Shown: positions 33,555 to 46,836 of the stretch, piece after piece | Layout of the letters: every line of letters starts with the position of its first letter | How positions within the stretch are numbered: position 1 is the stretch's first letter | Assembly (NCBI RefSeq): GCF_006345805.1 | Contig: NC_043011.1 | Location: 29,276,464-29,340,463, forward strand | Origin: Octopus sinensis | Lineage: Eukaryota | DNA length: 64,000 bases | Reading direction: 5' to 3' | Notes under the pieces: model-generated | Seen by the model: the letters and a program-made list of their open reading frames with translations, nothing else | Told to the model about the DNA's origin: nothing | The model's database searches: none | Translations under genes and position numbers: made by a program

Positions 33555-34202
33555 TGACATTCACAGTCTATGAAAGTTTTAATCTATGAGTTAGATTCTT
33601 GTCACATTGTCGTTTAGCCTCAGGTCAGCCCTGATCAAGCAGAATTATGATCAAATATATTCTAGTCATGACCATCCTGTCTTCATGTACCTTGGACTAC
33701 ATTAACTGACACAACTTACTTCATTATTTGTTTTATTCTTTATTTTTTCTGATAAAAAGTTCTGGTTCCAGGATGTTTACCCACCATGCTTTATTTATTC
33801 TCAATATCTTATTAAAATGGAGACATTATACAGGATTTTCTAGGGAGTATCATCATTATAATGCTAATTAATTTTTAATAATGATATATTTCTGTTTTAT
33901 TTGTATAAACAAAGATGGAAATAATTTCAAATTAATGTGTTTTACTATACATCTGTTTGTAAATGTAAATATATTCCCTCTGGCATCTTAAGGTTCAGTT
34001 TATTATGATGTGGATGTATATATGGTGTGGATGTTTACACAGTATGTAGATGCATATATGCATGTCTGTCTGCAGGTTAGTATGTATGTAGGTATTTATA
34101 TATGTACATATGTATGTATATAAATGTAGATATGGATGGATATATATGTACGTATATATATATTTGTGTATGTATACATACATTTATGCATATATATAGA
34201 CT

Positions 34203-34235
<33 letters not shown>

Positions 34236-34309
34236 GTGTATGTATATATATATGTATGTTATATATATATATATATATATGTATAAATGTATGTATATTT
34301 ATATGTATG

Positions 34310-34342
<33 letters not shown>

Positions 34343-34374
34343 GTATATATATATGTATATATTATATGTGTGTG

Positions 34375-34434
<60 letters not shown>

Positions 34435-34440
34435 GTATAT

Positions 34441-35466
34441 GACATTAATGACATTAATGACATCATCAAGCACAGCAACATAAAAATCTTTGCAGATGAC
34501 TCCAAGCTACAGAAGGTCATAAATGAGGCGAGTGACCGGACATGCCTTCAGTCAGATCTACTGGCTGTTATCCAATGGGCAGAAAAAAACAATATGCTGC
34601 TGAACGAGGATAAATTTGAGCTAATCCACTTTGGAAAAGAGGATGCCCTGAAACTCCCATACTCCCTTCCTTCAGGTGAAACTCTCGCGGCGTCCAACAA
34701 CATCAGAGACTTGGGAGTAATTGTGGACAACAACGTAAGCTGGGCCACTCATATAAACACCAAAGTTGACATGGCCCGCAGAATGTGTTCCTGGATTCTC
34801 AGAACTTTCCAGTCGAGAGATATCCACACCATTATCCTTCTCTTCTCCACTTTTGCCCGACCCCACCTTGAATACTGTTGTCCACTGTGGTCTCCCCACA
34901 CAATACAAGGTATCATAAAAGTTGAAGCACCTCAAAGGGCAATCACAAAAAAGATAGATGGCATGACAGGCCTCGACTATTGGGGTCGACTAGAAAAGCT
35001 AAAACTCTATTCTCTCCAACGTCGTCGTGAGCGCTACATCATCTGCATGATGTGGAAAATATTCCATCAGCATTGCCCAAATGATGTTGGCATCACCTTT
35101 AAGGTACATCCAAGGCTTGGGCCCCGTGCCATCCGCCCAAAACAAAAATCGCACTCTCATCTCATAACAACAATACGGCACAATTATTTCACCTCAATTG
35201 GCCCCGCTTCTCTTTAACATTACACCAAAACACATTAAAACAGAAACTGACCCTATAGGGTTCAAGAAGTCTTTGGACAGATTCCTTCAAGAAATCCCGG
35301 ATAAACCCCCTACACCCGGATATGTCTCTGTAAACAATAACTCTCTACTTGAGTGGGCCATAGTGCCCAAATTCTGACTTGAAAGACTTCACCAGGTGGT
35401 GCTATTAAGTTAGACATGGCCTGGGCCAATAATGGCCGAAACCTATCAAAGTATATCAAAGTATAT
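34441..35466 (+). mobile_element. 5'-truncated, well-preserved CR1-group LINE (RT C-terminal half plus 3' UTR)
   Basis: KIFADDSKL (RT YxDD-type motif), [31 protein letters not shown]; ends in a tandem ATCAAAGTAT tail. Confidence 0.9.
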
Positions 35467-35594
35467 GTTGAAAATATGTGGAAAATAAAATATATAAAAA
35501 ATGGAAGAGAAATGCCTTTGTTTCATATAGTTTAATATTTTTTTAGAAATATATACATATCATATGGATGTCGTGAAATCTATATCTATATCTG

Positions 35595-35692
<98 letters not shown>

Positions 35693-35759
35693 ACACACAC
35701 ACACACACACACATATATAAGGAAAAATAAGAAAATGGAGATAAACTTCAGTTTATTCC

Positions 35760-36363
35760 TTTCTTTACCAATCATTTATGAGCATTAATACTAATATACA
35801 AATAAGCACAAAGTGTAAGGATGCAGAAAAGCATCACCCTGCTAGAAATAAGAGCTAAAGTCTTAATTAAACTACCGTAAAGCACCAAGATAATAAGAAA
35901 TAACAGTAGGCAAGGAAACGGGAGGAATTAATATAGCCAAAAGCACACCTATGAAAAATTATGCTATTTAGTATATCTACATACCTGAGTTTTGGCTTTT
36001 GGAAATTTAATCCTTGAGCCTCTTCAGTGCAGACCACTTGGTAAAAATTCAAGTCCATCATGTTATATGTCTATTAGTGGACCAGGTGGTCTGAACTGAA
36101 GTGGCTCAAGGATTATATTTCCAAAAGCCAAAACTCAGGTATGTAGATATACTAAATAGCATAATTTTTCATAGGTGTGCTTTTGGCTATATTAATTCCT
36201 CCCGTTTCCTTGCCTACTGTTATTTCTTATTATCTTGGTGCTTTACGGTAGTTTAATTAAGACTTTAGCTCTTATTTCTAGCAGGTTGATGCTTTTCTGC
36301 ATCCTTATACTTTGTGCTAATTTGTATATTAGTATTAATGCTCATAAATGATAGGTAAAGAAA
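35760..36363. repeat. Long palindrome, 283-bp arms, 38-bp spacer
   Basis: 35760-36042 is the reverse complement of 36081-36363 with few mismatches. Confidence 0.9.
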
Positions 36364-36789
36364 ATCGAGTATGCAGATGACTTTAGCTCTTATTTCTAGC
36401 AGGTTGATACTTTGTGCTAATTTGTATGTTATAGCTAAATAATGTTATTTGCCTACGAAACACCTATGTTACTGCTGTTAAATTTTCTCCACAGATAATA
36501 TTAACAGTAGTGACATCTTATTACAAATCTTCGTGTTTGAATGTTTTGTTCATTAATACTTATACTCATAATCAAATATAGGTAAGACACTAGTAATTCC
36601 TTGGATACAAACATCCCTTTGACGGTTTTTTATAACCTCAAATTGAACTCGCCTTTATATATATATACTGTATTTATTCCTTTATTCTTTTATGTATTTC
36701 AGCCCAAAGACTGTGGCCATTCTGGGGCACTGCCAATGTTATCATCTTTGCAATGGCTATTCTTATGTGATTGGCTTTTGGTGAAGGTG

Positions 36790-37790
36790 GCAGTTTGACT
36801 TTAGTGTTTCTTGCCATGTTGCAGGTTCATCTGGGACCTTAGACAGCATGAGGCTAAGTTGTTTTTTTAAGACATCTACCCCTACTCTGTGTATATTCCT
36901 CAAATGTTTTGGTAAGGTACTAAATTGCTGTGGACATTTGAATCCCAAGTTATTGCAGTACATTGTTCTCACTCTAGATGGGATAAACAGGACCTTTAGA
37001 ACAATCCAGTGACATCCAGTTTTGGCGCTGGTATAGCATTTGATGTCAAAGTTTGGTGCCAGCCCATCCATGAACTTCCATATGTATACCACTGCATGTC
37101 TCTTCCATTTTCATTTTAGAGAGTTGATTCATAGCTCTTTCAGTCTCTACCAGTACTCAGCTGTTCCACTGATGCAGTCTCTCTGATGTAGTACTGCTGA
37201 AAGTTCTCAGAGTCCATTGCGCCATTTGCCTGCACATTGTCACCACCTTGGTGATTTACACTTGAAATGAGGTGTGATATGCATGTATGGTGTTGTGCTC
37301 ATATCAATCCCTAGATCATGCACTATACTCGTCTGTGGGATTGCAGCCCCTTTTTGGTCCAAAGTATTGTTGTTGAAGCATGTAAGCACAAGCTAGCAGA
37401 TAGTGGATGACTCGGAATTTCCCTACATTAAATTGCATGTTGTTTTCTGATGCCATTTATATATGGCATCAAAATCTTTCTGTATAAGATTAGAATTGGG
37501 AGGTTCCTTGACTGCTTGTGCTATTTTTGTGTCATTAGCACAGCTACTAAGTGTGGCAGTCTGTGTAACTGATGGTATGTCCAAAAGATCTACCATAAAC
37601 AGCAGTGGCCCCCAAGATAGTTCCCTGAGGCATTGGGTGCCACAGCTTGGCCTCTGTCTTTTAAGAAGCCATGTAACCATTCTCTCAGTTTTCCAAATAT
37701 GCCAAGTCTCCATAGCTTGTGACATATCGTCCCATGACCAACCTTATCAAAGGCCTTTGTAAAATCAAGATCTATCACACAAGCTTTGGA
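36790..37790 (-). mobile_element. Degenerate CR1-group LINE RT fragment
   Basis: Minus-strand fragments DLDFTKAFDKVGHG, GPLLFMVDLLDI and CANDTKI; C-terminal KCPQQFSTLPKHLRNI. Confidence 0.8.
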
Positions 37791-37897
37791 AGAGGATCTG
37801 TAATGGTCTTGCTAGAGCTCCTTTGGATTTCTATATTCATATCATATATATATATATATTTAAAATTATATAGTATATATATATATATATATATATA

Positions 37898-38205
37898 TGG
37901 AGGCACATGGCCTAGTGGTTAGAGCAGTGGACTCGTGGTTGAGGGATAGCGGGTTCAAATCTCAGACTGGGCGATGTGTGTGTTTGTGAACGAAACACCT
38001 AAGCTCCACGGGGCTCCGGCAGAAGGTAATGGCGAACTTCTGCTGACTCTTTCACTACAACTTTCTCTCACTCTTTCATCCTGCATCTAGCAGCTCACCT
38101 GTGATGGACCGGCATCCCATCCAGGTGGAAACCTATACACCAAGGAAACTGGGAAACTGACCCTTATGAGCCAGGTATGGCTTGAGTAGGAACAAACAAC
38201 AAACA
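37898..38205 (+). mobile_element. tRNA-derived SINE, third family (V-domain-like)
   Basis: A-box TGGCCTAGTGG, B-box GGTTCAAATC, GATGGACCGGCATCCCATCCAGG; a related head lies on the minus strand at 53068-53325. Confidence 0.7.
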
Positions 38206-38275
38206 TATATATATATATTAGATAGTTAGATAAATAATATTTTGAACTTACACACATACAAGTTCAATATATCTA

Positions 38276-38306
<31 letters not shown>

Positions 38307-38643
38307 TATCCATCTATCTATCCATTCTGTCCATTTCTCTGTCTATCTGTCTGTATCTCTATGTTTGTGTATATGTGTATGTGTGTGTGTATGTGTGCAT
38401 GCGTGTGTGTGTGTGTGCATGTATCATGCATGAGTGTATCAATATATAAAATTCAAAAGCAATTTTTGCCACGAGTTTAATGATGCAGTTGTTTACACAT
38501 ACATTTAATGAGAATTCCTGATGACATATTCTCATTAACTTGTGTTTTCAGCCGAAATCAATCTTCATGGTAGAACTAAATATGTTTACATATATGTTAT
38601 ACAATACCAGGTGTAATGCAATGTATCATTTCATAATCACCAC

Positions 38644-38675
<32 letters not shown>

Positions 38676-38999
38676 CCATGTCTTTTTATCTTTTATCTTT
38701 TACTTGCTTCAGTCACTGGACTGAACAAACTGACCCCAGTATTTACTTTTTAAAAAAACTTGGTCTCTTGTGATGAACTGCTAAGTTACAGAGACATAAA
38801 CAAACCAACATCGATTATCAAGTAATGCTGGTGGACAAAGACAAACACAAAGATAAAGACACACACATACATACACACAGAGAAGCAAACGTACACACAT
38901 GCACACACACAGACAAACACACGTGCGTGCACACACACATAGCTTTTTGGCTAAATTTGACGAGTTTTATGTCGCCTTTTTTTCAAGAACAGCTTAATG

Positions 39000-39550
39000 T
39001 ATTGGCGAACAGCCACCAGTGCTGAAGGGTGTAAAGATTAAAGCTGTAGTTGTGAAAAAATTAGCAGACATGGTGGACTGGAAGTCATCTGAATATTGGA
39101 AAAGTGTTACCTGTATCATGATGATTCATGCCAGATATCAAAATGCCAACATCATCACTGCAGCTGAGTGCTCTGTGACCATTGTAAAGGCTGTAAGACA
39201 TGACATGGACATCTGCAATAGGGACTACGAAGGTGTGGCCGGCAGGAAGGGAAACAGCAGACCTTCTGACGACTGTCTTCACACTGGAATTCATCCATAC
39301 ATGTTTGAATGGAGCCTTAGGATCAAATCAGATGGTTATGTGCAACTGCTGGAGACTGTAGTCAAATCCTGGTGAGAGAGGATTGTTGCTGTAAGGCCAT
39401 ATGTGTGGCAGCAGGATCCCCTTCCTTGTCATACCTCCAGAAGAGTCAGAAGTGGGTGGCAGAGAATTTCTATAACTGTACCAACCCCAATTGCTCATCT
39501 CCTAATTCCCTTGATTGTAATGCCATGGACTACTATTCATGGGGCATGGT
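39000..39550 (+). mobile_element. Tc1/mariner transposase remnant
   Basis: LRIKSDGYVQLLETVVKSW, WQQD and SPNSLDCNAMDYYSWG motifs across frameshifts. Confidence 0.75.
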
Positions 39551-39730
39551 TGTTTTCATTCTCTCTATTTATTTCCTCTTGTTCCTTTCTGTCGAAGAAT
39601 GTAGGCTCAAAACGTAAAAGACTTCCATTTGTCCTGAGTGTCAAACTACTACATTTACATGTTGTTCCTATATCTGTCTTCATTTTTGTTTTTTTATAAA
39701 TTTGAACTATATATATATATATATATAATA

Positions 39731-40056
39731 TAATTAGAGACAAAACCACTATTTTGCAAATCAAACAAGGAAAGACTTAATCAATACATAAAAAAATTTT
39801 AATATAAAGTAAATAAATCGCCACTACAATTGTTTCCTGTCTTCAAATGACATTCATCAGGTGGATTTCGTATCTTCTATTCAATTTCATAACTTTAAAA
39901 TTGAATAGAAGATACGAAATCCACCTGATGAATGTCATTTGAAGACAGGAAACAATTGTAGTGGCGATTTATTTACTTTATATTAAAATTTTTTTATGTA
40001 TTGATTAAGTCTTTCCTTGTTTGATTTGCAAAATAGTGGTTTTGTCTCTAATTATA
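39731..40056. repeat. Near-perfect palindrome (arms about 158 bp, 10-bp spacer) with a hammerhead-like motif in each arm
   Basis: 39731-39887 is the reverse complement of 39898-40056. Confidence 0.9.
39921..39964 (+). ncRNA. Candidate minimal type I hammerhead ribozyme
   Basis: CCAC-CUGAUGA-A-UGUC(AUUUGAA)GACA-G-GAAA-CAAUUG-UA-GUGG: stem I CCAC/GUGG, core boxes, stem II, palindromic stem III, GUA site. Mirror copy at 39821-39864 (-). Confidence 0.55.
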
Positions 40057-40143
40057 TTATATAATATTTTACTATAAAATTGGATTCAATCCTAAATCTG
40101 ATTTTTCCCTGTAAATTTGGATTTATTCCCTAATATTTATTAT

Positions 40144-40187
<44 letters not shown>

Positions 40188-41018
40188 CTCTTTTTTTCAG
40201 TTTCTGTTTAACAAAACCACTCTCAAGGCTTTGGTTGGCTTGGTGCTATAACAGAAGACAGTCACCCAAGATGCCAGCATGCATGTCTTTCAGTCTATGA
40301 TAAGCAGTCAGTTTGTCTGATCAACTAAACCACTTACTTGTTAAATCAATATGTAACCAATAGGTGGCTGAGTATTCCACAGGTATCTCTACCATTAATG
40401 TAATTCACAAGCTAAATCAGCAGAACATATTACAGGTTCAATTCATCCAGCAGACTTTCTGCCTGTTTAATTTCACTCTCAAAAGCAGGCTTGGTTCTAC
40501 CTGAAAATATGGTAAAACATATTTTCCCCAAGATGCTAAAGAGTGGAACTGAAACCAGAACCTTCTGTTTCAAAGCAAACTTCTTCACCATTCAGCCATA
40601 CTTGCATCTAGTGAATAGCAGCCGAAAGACGAACAAACAAACAACAAAAACAAAAGCAAGCTTATAGTCCTTTTAGCAAGAGACCATATTTCTGCTAACA
40701 ACAAAATGACAAGTCTTGAATATTTAGTTTAAGTGTTTGTAAATACCCTGTAACACAGTGGCCATTAACTTGGCTTCGTTACAATTGAATGTCACATATC
40801 CATTTTAGTAAAGGTTACATACAGTGTTTTCAATGAAGGAAACACAATAAGTCATTTATTGTTTTGTTATATTCAATAGCAGAGAACAGTGGTGATGATA
40901 ATAATCTATTTAAAGGATTTCTAAAATTCCATCTCAACTTCAGATTTTCTTACATATAGTTTTGGTTGATTTAAATCTATCTTGGCTCTTTTGTTAACCA
41001 TGGCATTTCGGTTTTGTT

Positions 41019-41068
<50 letters not shown>

Positions 41069-41297
41069 TGTCATTGTCATCGTTGTCATCATCATCATTC
41101 TCATTGTTGTCGTCATCATCATCATCATCATTTAACATTCCTCTTTCCATACTGCCATGGATTGAACACTTCAACAGGAAATCAACACTGATTTTTTTTT
41201 TTTTATCTCTGAATGAAAATGAATTGATAAAACTGCACTATTATATATTTGGCTTTAACCTAAACCCAGCAATGCAGGTTTCTATCTCTTTTGAAAT

Positions 41298-41900
41298 GGT
41301 ATAAATTAATAGGTCAACACTGTTGTATCTTTCTAGCAGAGTTTGTCCTAGATTTTTGTACTGCTATAGGTCAATGTCCACACTATTGTATTTTTTCTAT
41401 TTAATTTTGTCCTAATTCTTGTAATAACAGTAAGGTTTAATACATAACTTTCCTGTTTATTTGTCATAAGTCTTTGAAATTGCATGGATTAATAAGTCAA
41501 CACTATTGTATCCTTTAAACTAGTTTTTTGCCCTAAATCCTGTTATATCAAGTTCTATAAGTTCTATATCTTTAAACTGGTATCAATTAATAGCTTAACA
41601 CTATTGTATCTTTCTAGTTAGGTTTGTCCTAGATCTTTGTACAGCTATAGGTCAGTGTCCGCATTATTGTATTCTTTCTATTTAGTTTTGTCCTAACTCT
41701 TGAAATAACAGTAAGATTCAATATGTACTTTCCCTGTTAGTTTTGACTTAAATCTTTGAAATGGTATGGATTAATAAGACAACACTATTGTATCTTTCAA
41801 ATTGTTTTTTTTGCTCTAAATCCTGTTACATCATTTTCAGCATCTTTAAACTGCTATGTACTGATTGCTCTACACTTATGTACTTTCCCTGTTAGTTTTG
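41298..41900. repeat. Degenerate tandem duplication, unit about 280 bp, about 2 copies
   Basis: 41298-41577 resembles 41578-41860; recurring CAACACTATTGTATC submotif. Confidence 0.7.
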
Positions 41901-42048
41901 CCTTAATTCCTGCAGAAGTGGTATGAATTAATATGAGGGGTATTCATTAAAGATCTCCCCTGACTCACTTCATAAGGACTGAGATAGACAAAACTTTCTC
42001 TACATAGCCACCACCAATGGTGACACATTTCTACCATCGTTTTATACA

Positions 42049-42505
42049 GTAAGATTTTTTAAAGGGAGACTGGTAAGATTTTTTAAAGAGAGACTGGTAA
42101 GATTTTTTAAAGGGAGACTGACAAGATTTTTTAAAGGGAGACTGGTAAGATTTTTTAAAGGGAGACTGATAAGATTTTTTAAAGGGAGACTGGTAAGATT
42201 TTTTAAAGGGAGACTGGTAAGATTTTTTAAAGGGAGACTGGTAAGACTTTTTAAAGGGAGACTGGTAAGATTATTTAAAGGGAGACTGGTAAGATTTTTT
42301 AAAGGGAGACTGATAAGATTTTTTTTAAAGGGAGACTGGTAAGATTTTTTAAAGGGAGACTGGTAAGATTTTTTAAAGGGAGACTAAGATTTTTTAAAGG
42401 GAGACTGGTAAGATTTTTTAAAGGGAGACTGGTAAGATTTTTTAAAGAGAGACTGGTAAGATTTTTTAAAGGGAGACTGGTAAAATTTTTCAAAGGGAGA
42501 CTGGT
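42049..42505. repeat. Minisatellite, about 24-bp unit GTAAGATTTTTTAAAGGGAGACTG, about 19 copies
   Basis: Contiguous units with no spacers. Confidence 0.95.
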
Positions 42506-42852
42506 AGTTACTCATGCATGGAAGTCTTTCCTCTCAATGCCACTGATGTTTATCCAAAGTGAAGCTGTCTACTTGGCACCAGTATCATTGCAGGTATTAC
42601 ACTCAAAATGCAGAGAACCTAAACAACTACTCAAAGGCACCTTGCCCAACACTCTAACCATTCTACCTATCCAACACCCTGGATTGAGGCTATTTTATCA
42701 ATGCCTGCAAAAAAGAAGAAAATCAAAATTGATCTCAGCAGGATCTGAACTCCAAGTGTAGAGAGTCAGGACAAAGACCACAAGATTCCAGTAATGTAAC
42801 TGTCTCTACCAATTCATTGCCTTAAAAAATGCTGAAAGAGTAGATAATCTAG

Positions 42853-43012
42853 GCACAGGAGTGGCTGTGTGGTAAATAGCTTGCTTACCAACCACATGGT
42901 TCTGGGTTCAGTCCCACTACGTGGCACCTTGAGCAAGTGTCTTCTACTATAGCCTTGGGCCGACCAAATCCTTGTGAGTGGATTTGGTAGATGGAAACTG
43001 AAAGAAGCCCGT

Positions 43013-43065
<53 letters not shown>

Positions 43066-43290
43066 ACGTGTGTGTGTGTGTGTATATATGTCCCCCCAAC
43101 ATCGCTTGACAACCGATGCTGGTGTGTTTACATCCCCATAACTTAGCGGTTCGGCAATAGATCCCGATAGAATAAGTACTAGGCTTACAAAGAATAAGTC
43201 CTGGGGTCGATTTGCTTAACTAAAGGTGGTGCTCCAGCATGGCCACAGTCAAAATGACTGAAATGAGTAAAAGAGTAAAAGGGTAAAGAG
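42853..43290 (+). mobile_element. Near full-length CORE-like SINE
   Basis: Colinear with 49095-49500. Confidence 0.85.
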
Positions 43291-43361
43291 TAATCTACTG
43301 TTATCCAATATATTATTTTTTGATATTCCATTTGATAAATAATATATTGATGTATAATAAG

Positions 43362-43805
43362 ATGGTGAGCAGGCAGAAATGTTAGCATGCAGGACAAAAT
43401 ACTTAGTGGCATTTTGTATGTCTTTATGCTCTGAGTTCAAATTCTGCTGAGGTTGACCTTGCCTTTCATTCTTTCAGGCTCGATAAATTGAGTACCAGTT
43501 GCATACTGGGGTTGATCTAATCGACTGGGCCCCTCCCCACGAATTTCGGGCCTTGTACCTAGAGTAGAAAAGAATATTTAAAGATGGCGAGCTGGCAGAA
43601 ATGTTAGCACGCCAGGTGAAATGCTTAGTGATATTTCGCCTGTCTTTACGCTCTGAGTTCAAATTCTGCCGAGATTGATTTTGTCTTTAATCCTTTCGGG
43701 GTCGATAAATTACGTACTAGTTGCATACTGGGATCGATTTAATTGACTAGCCCCCCCCCTCTACCCCAAAATTTCAGGCCTTGTGCCTAGGGTAGAAAAG
43801 AATAA
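43362..43805 (+). mobile_element. Two adjacent tRNA-derived SINEs (27676-family head, different tail)
   Basis: GCAGAAATGTTAGCA...GAGTTCAAATTCTG occurs twice (about 43362-43570 and 43580-43805). Confidence 0.75.
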
Positions 43806-44214
43806 AGTAAGTGCCAGTTGAGTGTTGGGGTTAATGTAATTAACTTATCCCCTCCTTAGAAATTGCTGGCCTTGTGTCAACATTTGAAATCAATATTTCA
43901 TTCAATAAGTAATATATTCATATACAATAAAAATCATGTAAAAAAATAATTAAGCTTTGTTATATTAATACTTGTTTTCTTTAAGAAAAGTGGATGAGGA
44001 AAACCTTTGCCAGTTAATTCCGTGTATTATATAAACTCCTTATTTAAAGCAGGAATAAAAAATATATATTGCACAGTGTTTTACAGTATAACCGTAATCT
44101 TTAGTTTATTTTTGACTTTTAAATCTATTTTTACATTTTTATAATCAATATGCTTAAGTATGTTCAGAGATGCAGTTAGCAAGCTAAGAGTAAGAAGGAA
44201 TATACGAAGACGAA

Positions 44215-44560
44215 TTTTGTGTACAGGTAGGAGTCTACAATGGCTCAACACTCAGCTATCTCCTGTTTGTTATAACCCCCCATAGCAGATGAGTTTAAAA
44301 CTGCTTTCCCAAGGAAACTCCTGTATACTGATGACCTTGTTCATACAGCAGAATCTGGGGAAGATTTGGAGAAGAAATTCCAGGCATGGAAGCAAAACCT
44401 GGAATTGAAGGGCCTTAAAATAAACTTAGTCAATACTAAAGTCATACAAAGTTGAAAAGGAGACAGAATTCTGTTGTTATCCAGGAAATGGCTGTGCCCC
44501 GTATGCAGAAAAGGAGTTGGTGAGAACACCATACAATGTGCCCAGAGTAAACAGTGAATG
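44215..44560 (+). mobile_element. Degenerate RTE reverse transcriptase fragment
   Basis: Reads VGVYNGSTLSYLLF...LLYTDDLVHTAES..DLEKKFQAWKQNLELKGLKIN. Confidence 0.8.
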
Positions 44561-46340
44561 TAGAAGAGAGTAGTGGGATTGAGGAGGTTAACAGCAGAAG
44601 TAAATTTCATAATGTGGTAAGAGCTCAAATTAGACACAACAAGCAGATGGAAAATAAATTCTATCAACTGCTCAAAATGTTCCCCAGAAGTAGTAAACAG
44701 CTTTTATTACCTAAGCACCCTGTAAAGCGGTTGGCATTTAGAAGAAGAGGCACTCAGTTATAGAAAATTTGACAAAACTGAGATATTGGAATGAGACATG
44801 ATCATAGATAAGTTGGATCTTGTCAAGCCATTCAACCAATTCCTGCATGGAAGGAGATGGACATAAAATGATGATGATGATGACGACTATGATGACAACA
44901 AGAAAGGGGTGGAGGAGGAGGAGGAGGCGGCAAAAGTGACACATAGAGCATATTTTTTAAATATTTTTTTTTACCACTCTACTTACAGAATGGTGAATAG
45001 CAATACTGGTAGGTGTTAGATAAGATTAAGGAAACAGAAGATAACACAAATATCTTATGCAGTCAGTCAATTTCTACGTAAATATTAATCAATCAAAATA
45101 TTTTGCATAAGGACATCTTGGTGCACTTTAACAGATGCAAACCCCACACTCCACTCTGTCTTTCCTGCAGCCCATCTGCTTATGTCATGTGTTCCAACAT
45201 CTTTTACTAATATGCCTATTCCTTGATGCTGTTCCATCACCTCTATTGTAGCCTTCATTAATATCTCTTTTAAAAGGTGTTTGTCTATGCATGGCCATAA
45301 TTTGCTTGAGGTAGAGAGTGTCATTATGTCATGTTGCATGATCAAACCACTTCATTTTCCTACTTTTTAAGAAATTGACAAAGGAGCTTGTTCAATGTTC
45401 AGCTTCTAGAATGTAAATGACTTCACTTTTTTATACCATTTCATTTTGGAAGCTATAGTCTTTTACTCACTTTCAGCATTAAAATAAAATTATGGAGAAG
45501 TTCATACAAAGACTTATGGAATTTGATAGCTTTGAAAATTGGCCAAACACATTTGAAATAAAAATGAAAGAAGGAGGAAAAAATATAAATGCACTTAAAT
45601 ATGAAAACATATATTTATATTCAGAGCATATTTTCTACAACTTGTTTGAGGTGTCATTTCCCTAAAGATTATCAGATATATTTTAATTTTGCTCCATTTT
45701 TTTTTTTATCTAAGAACTGCCAAAAATTATTTTCAGATGGTTGAGATAGAAAAAAAAAAAAAAACCCAAGAAAAGGATACTTTTTCACATCTTGCAATCC
45801 TCAGAGAATTCAAAGATATCACTAAAGCCAAGGCTCTGCTGACTGCTTGACCCACTGCTAATTTCTAAACACTGAGAAGTATGGTCCTTACATCTATGTA
45901 AGCCAAATTCTTCAAAAATGATTGATATAATCATTATTTTCTGTCAATTTATAATGCTATCAATTATTTTTGGAGTTGCATGAGAGATCGAATATAGAAT
46001 TATATGCTACACGCAGCTGAAGATTTGGTATTACATTTAAAACACCTTTGGAACTCTGAAACTAGAATTTCACATGAGACGAAACTTAATGCCCCCATTT
46101 CTCTCTCTCTAAAATGAATAAAGAGATTATCATATACTTTAAGTCAACATTAAGTTGACACATAACAACACCTGTACAGTCACAAGCATGGCTGTGTGGT
46201 AAGAAGTTTGCTTCCCAACCACATGGTTCCAGGTTCAGTCCTCCTGTCGGGAAGTTTGGGCAAGTGTCTTCTACTATAGCTACAGCAAGACCCAAACCAT
46301 GTGAGTATATTTGGTAGATGGAAGCTGAAAAAAGACCATC

Positions 46341-46371
<31 letters not shown>

Positions 46372-46377
<6 letters not shown>

Positions 46378-46673
46378 AGAAAATAGTAGAGAGTGAAAAA
46401 ACGACAGAAGGCTTAAATGTTAAAAAATATATATATTTGTGTCAAAATGTCTGGAGAATATTGGAAAAATTTTTTTCCTTTCCTTAAAATGACATAATTT
46501 TATAAAATTATGTTTTTTTCCTTTCCTTAAAATGACATATTTATAAAATTATGTCATTTTAAGGAAAGGAAAAAAATTTTTCCAATATTCTCCAGACATT
46601 TTGACACAATATATATATTTTTTAACATTTAAGCCTTCTGTCGTTTTTTTCACTCTACTATTTTCTTATATAT
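46372..46673. repeat. Fold-back palindrome
   Basis: ATAAGAAAATAGTAGAGAGTG... is mirrored by ...CACTCTACTATTTTCTTAT. Confidence 0.85.
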
Positions 46674-46706
46674 TCACCCACGTGCTTTACCAAACAAACT
46701 TTCTTA

Positions 46707-46756
<50 letters not shown>

Positions 46757-46804
46757 CACATGATCACGTGACCGACCAGGCTATCAGATGTTGCTACACA
46801 TATA

Positions 46805-46835
<31 letters not shown>

Positions 46836-46836
46836 G

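Noticed and set aside
34102-34440. N-terminal extension of the 371-aa ORF as a fusion protein
   Set aside because: It is stop-free (TA)n-type sequence in frame with a truncated LINE by chance.
42049-42505. Regular 24-bp repeats resembling a CRISPR array
   Set aside because: The units are contiguous with no unique spacers, there are no cas genes, and the context is eukaryotic.
45085-45345. Possible very old RTE C-terminal remnant on the minus strand
   Set aside because: Only a faint KWFDHA motif; too degenerate to support.
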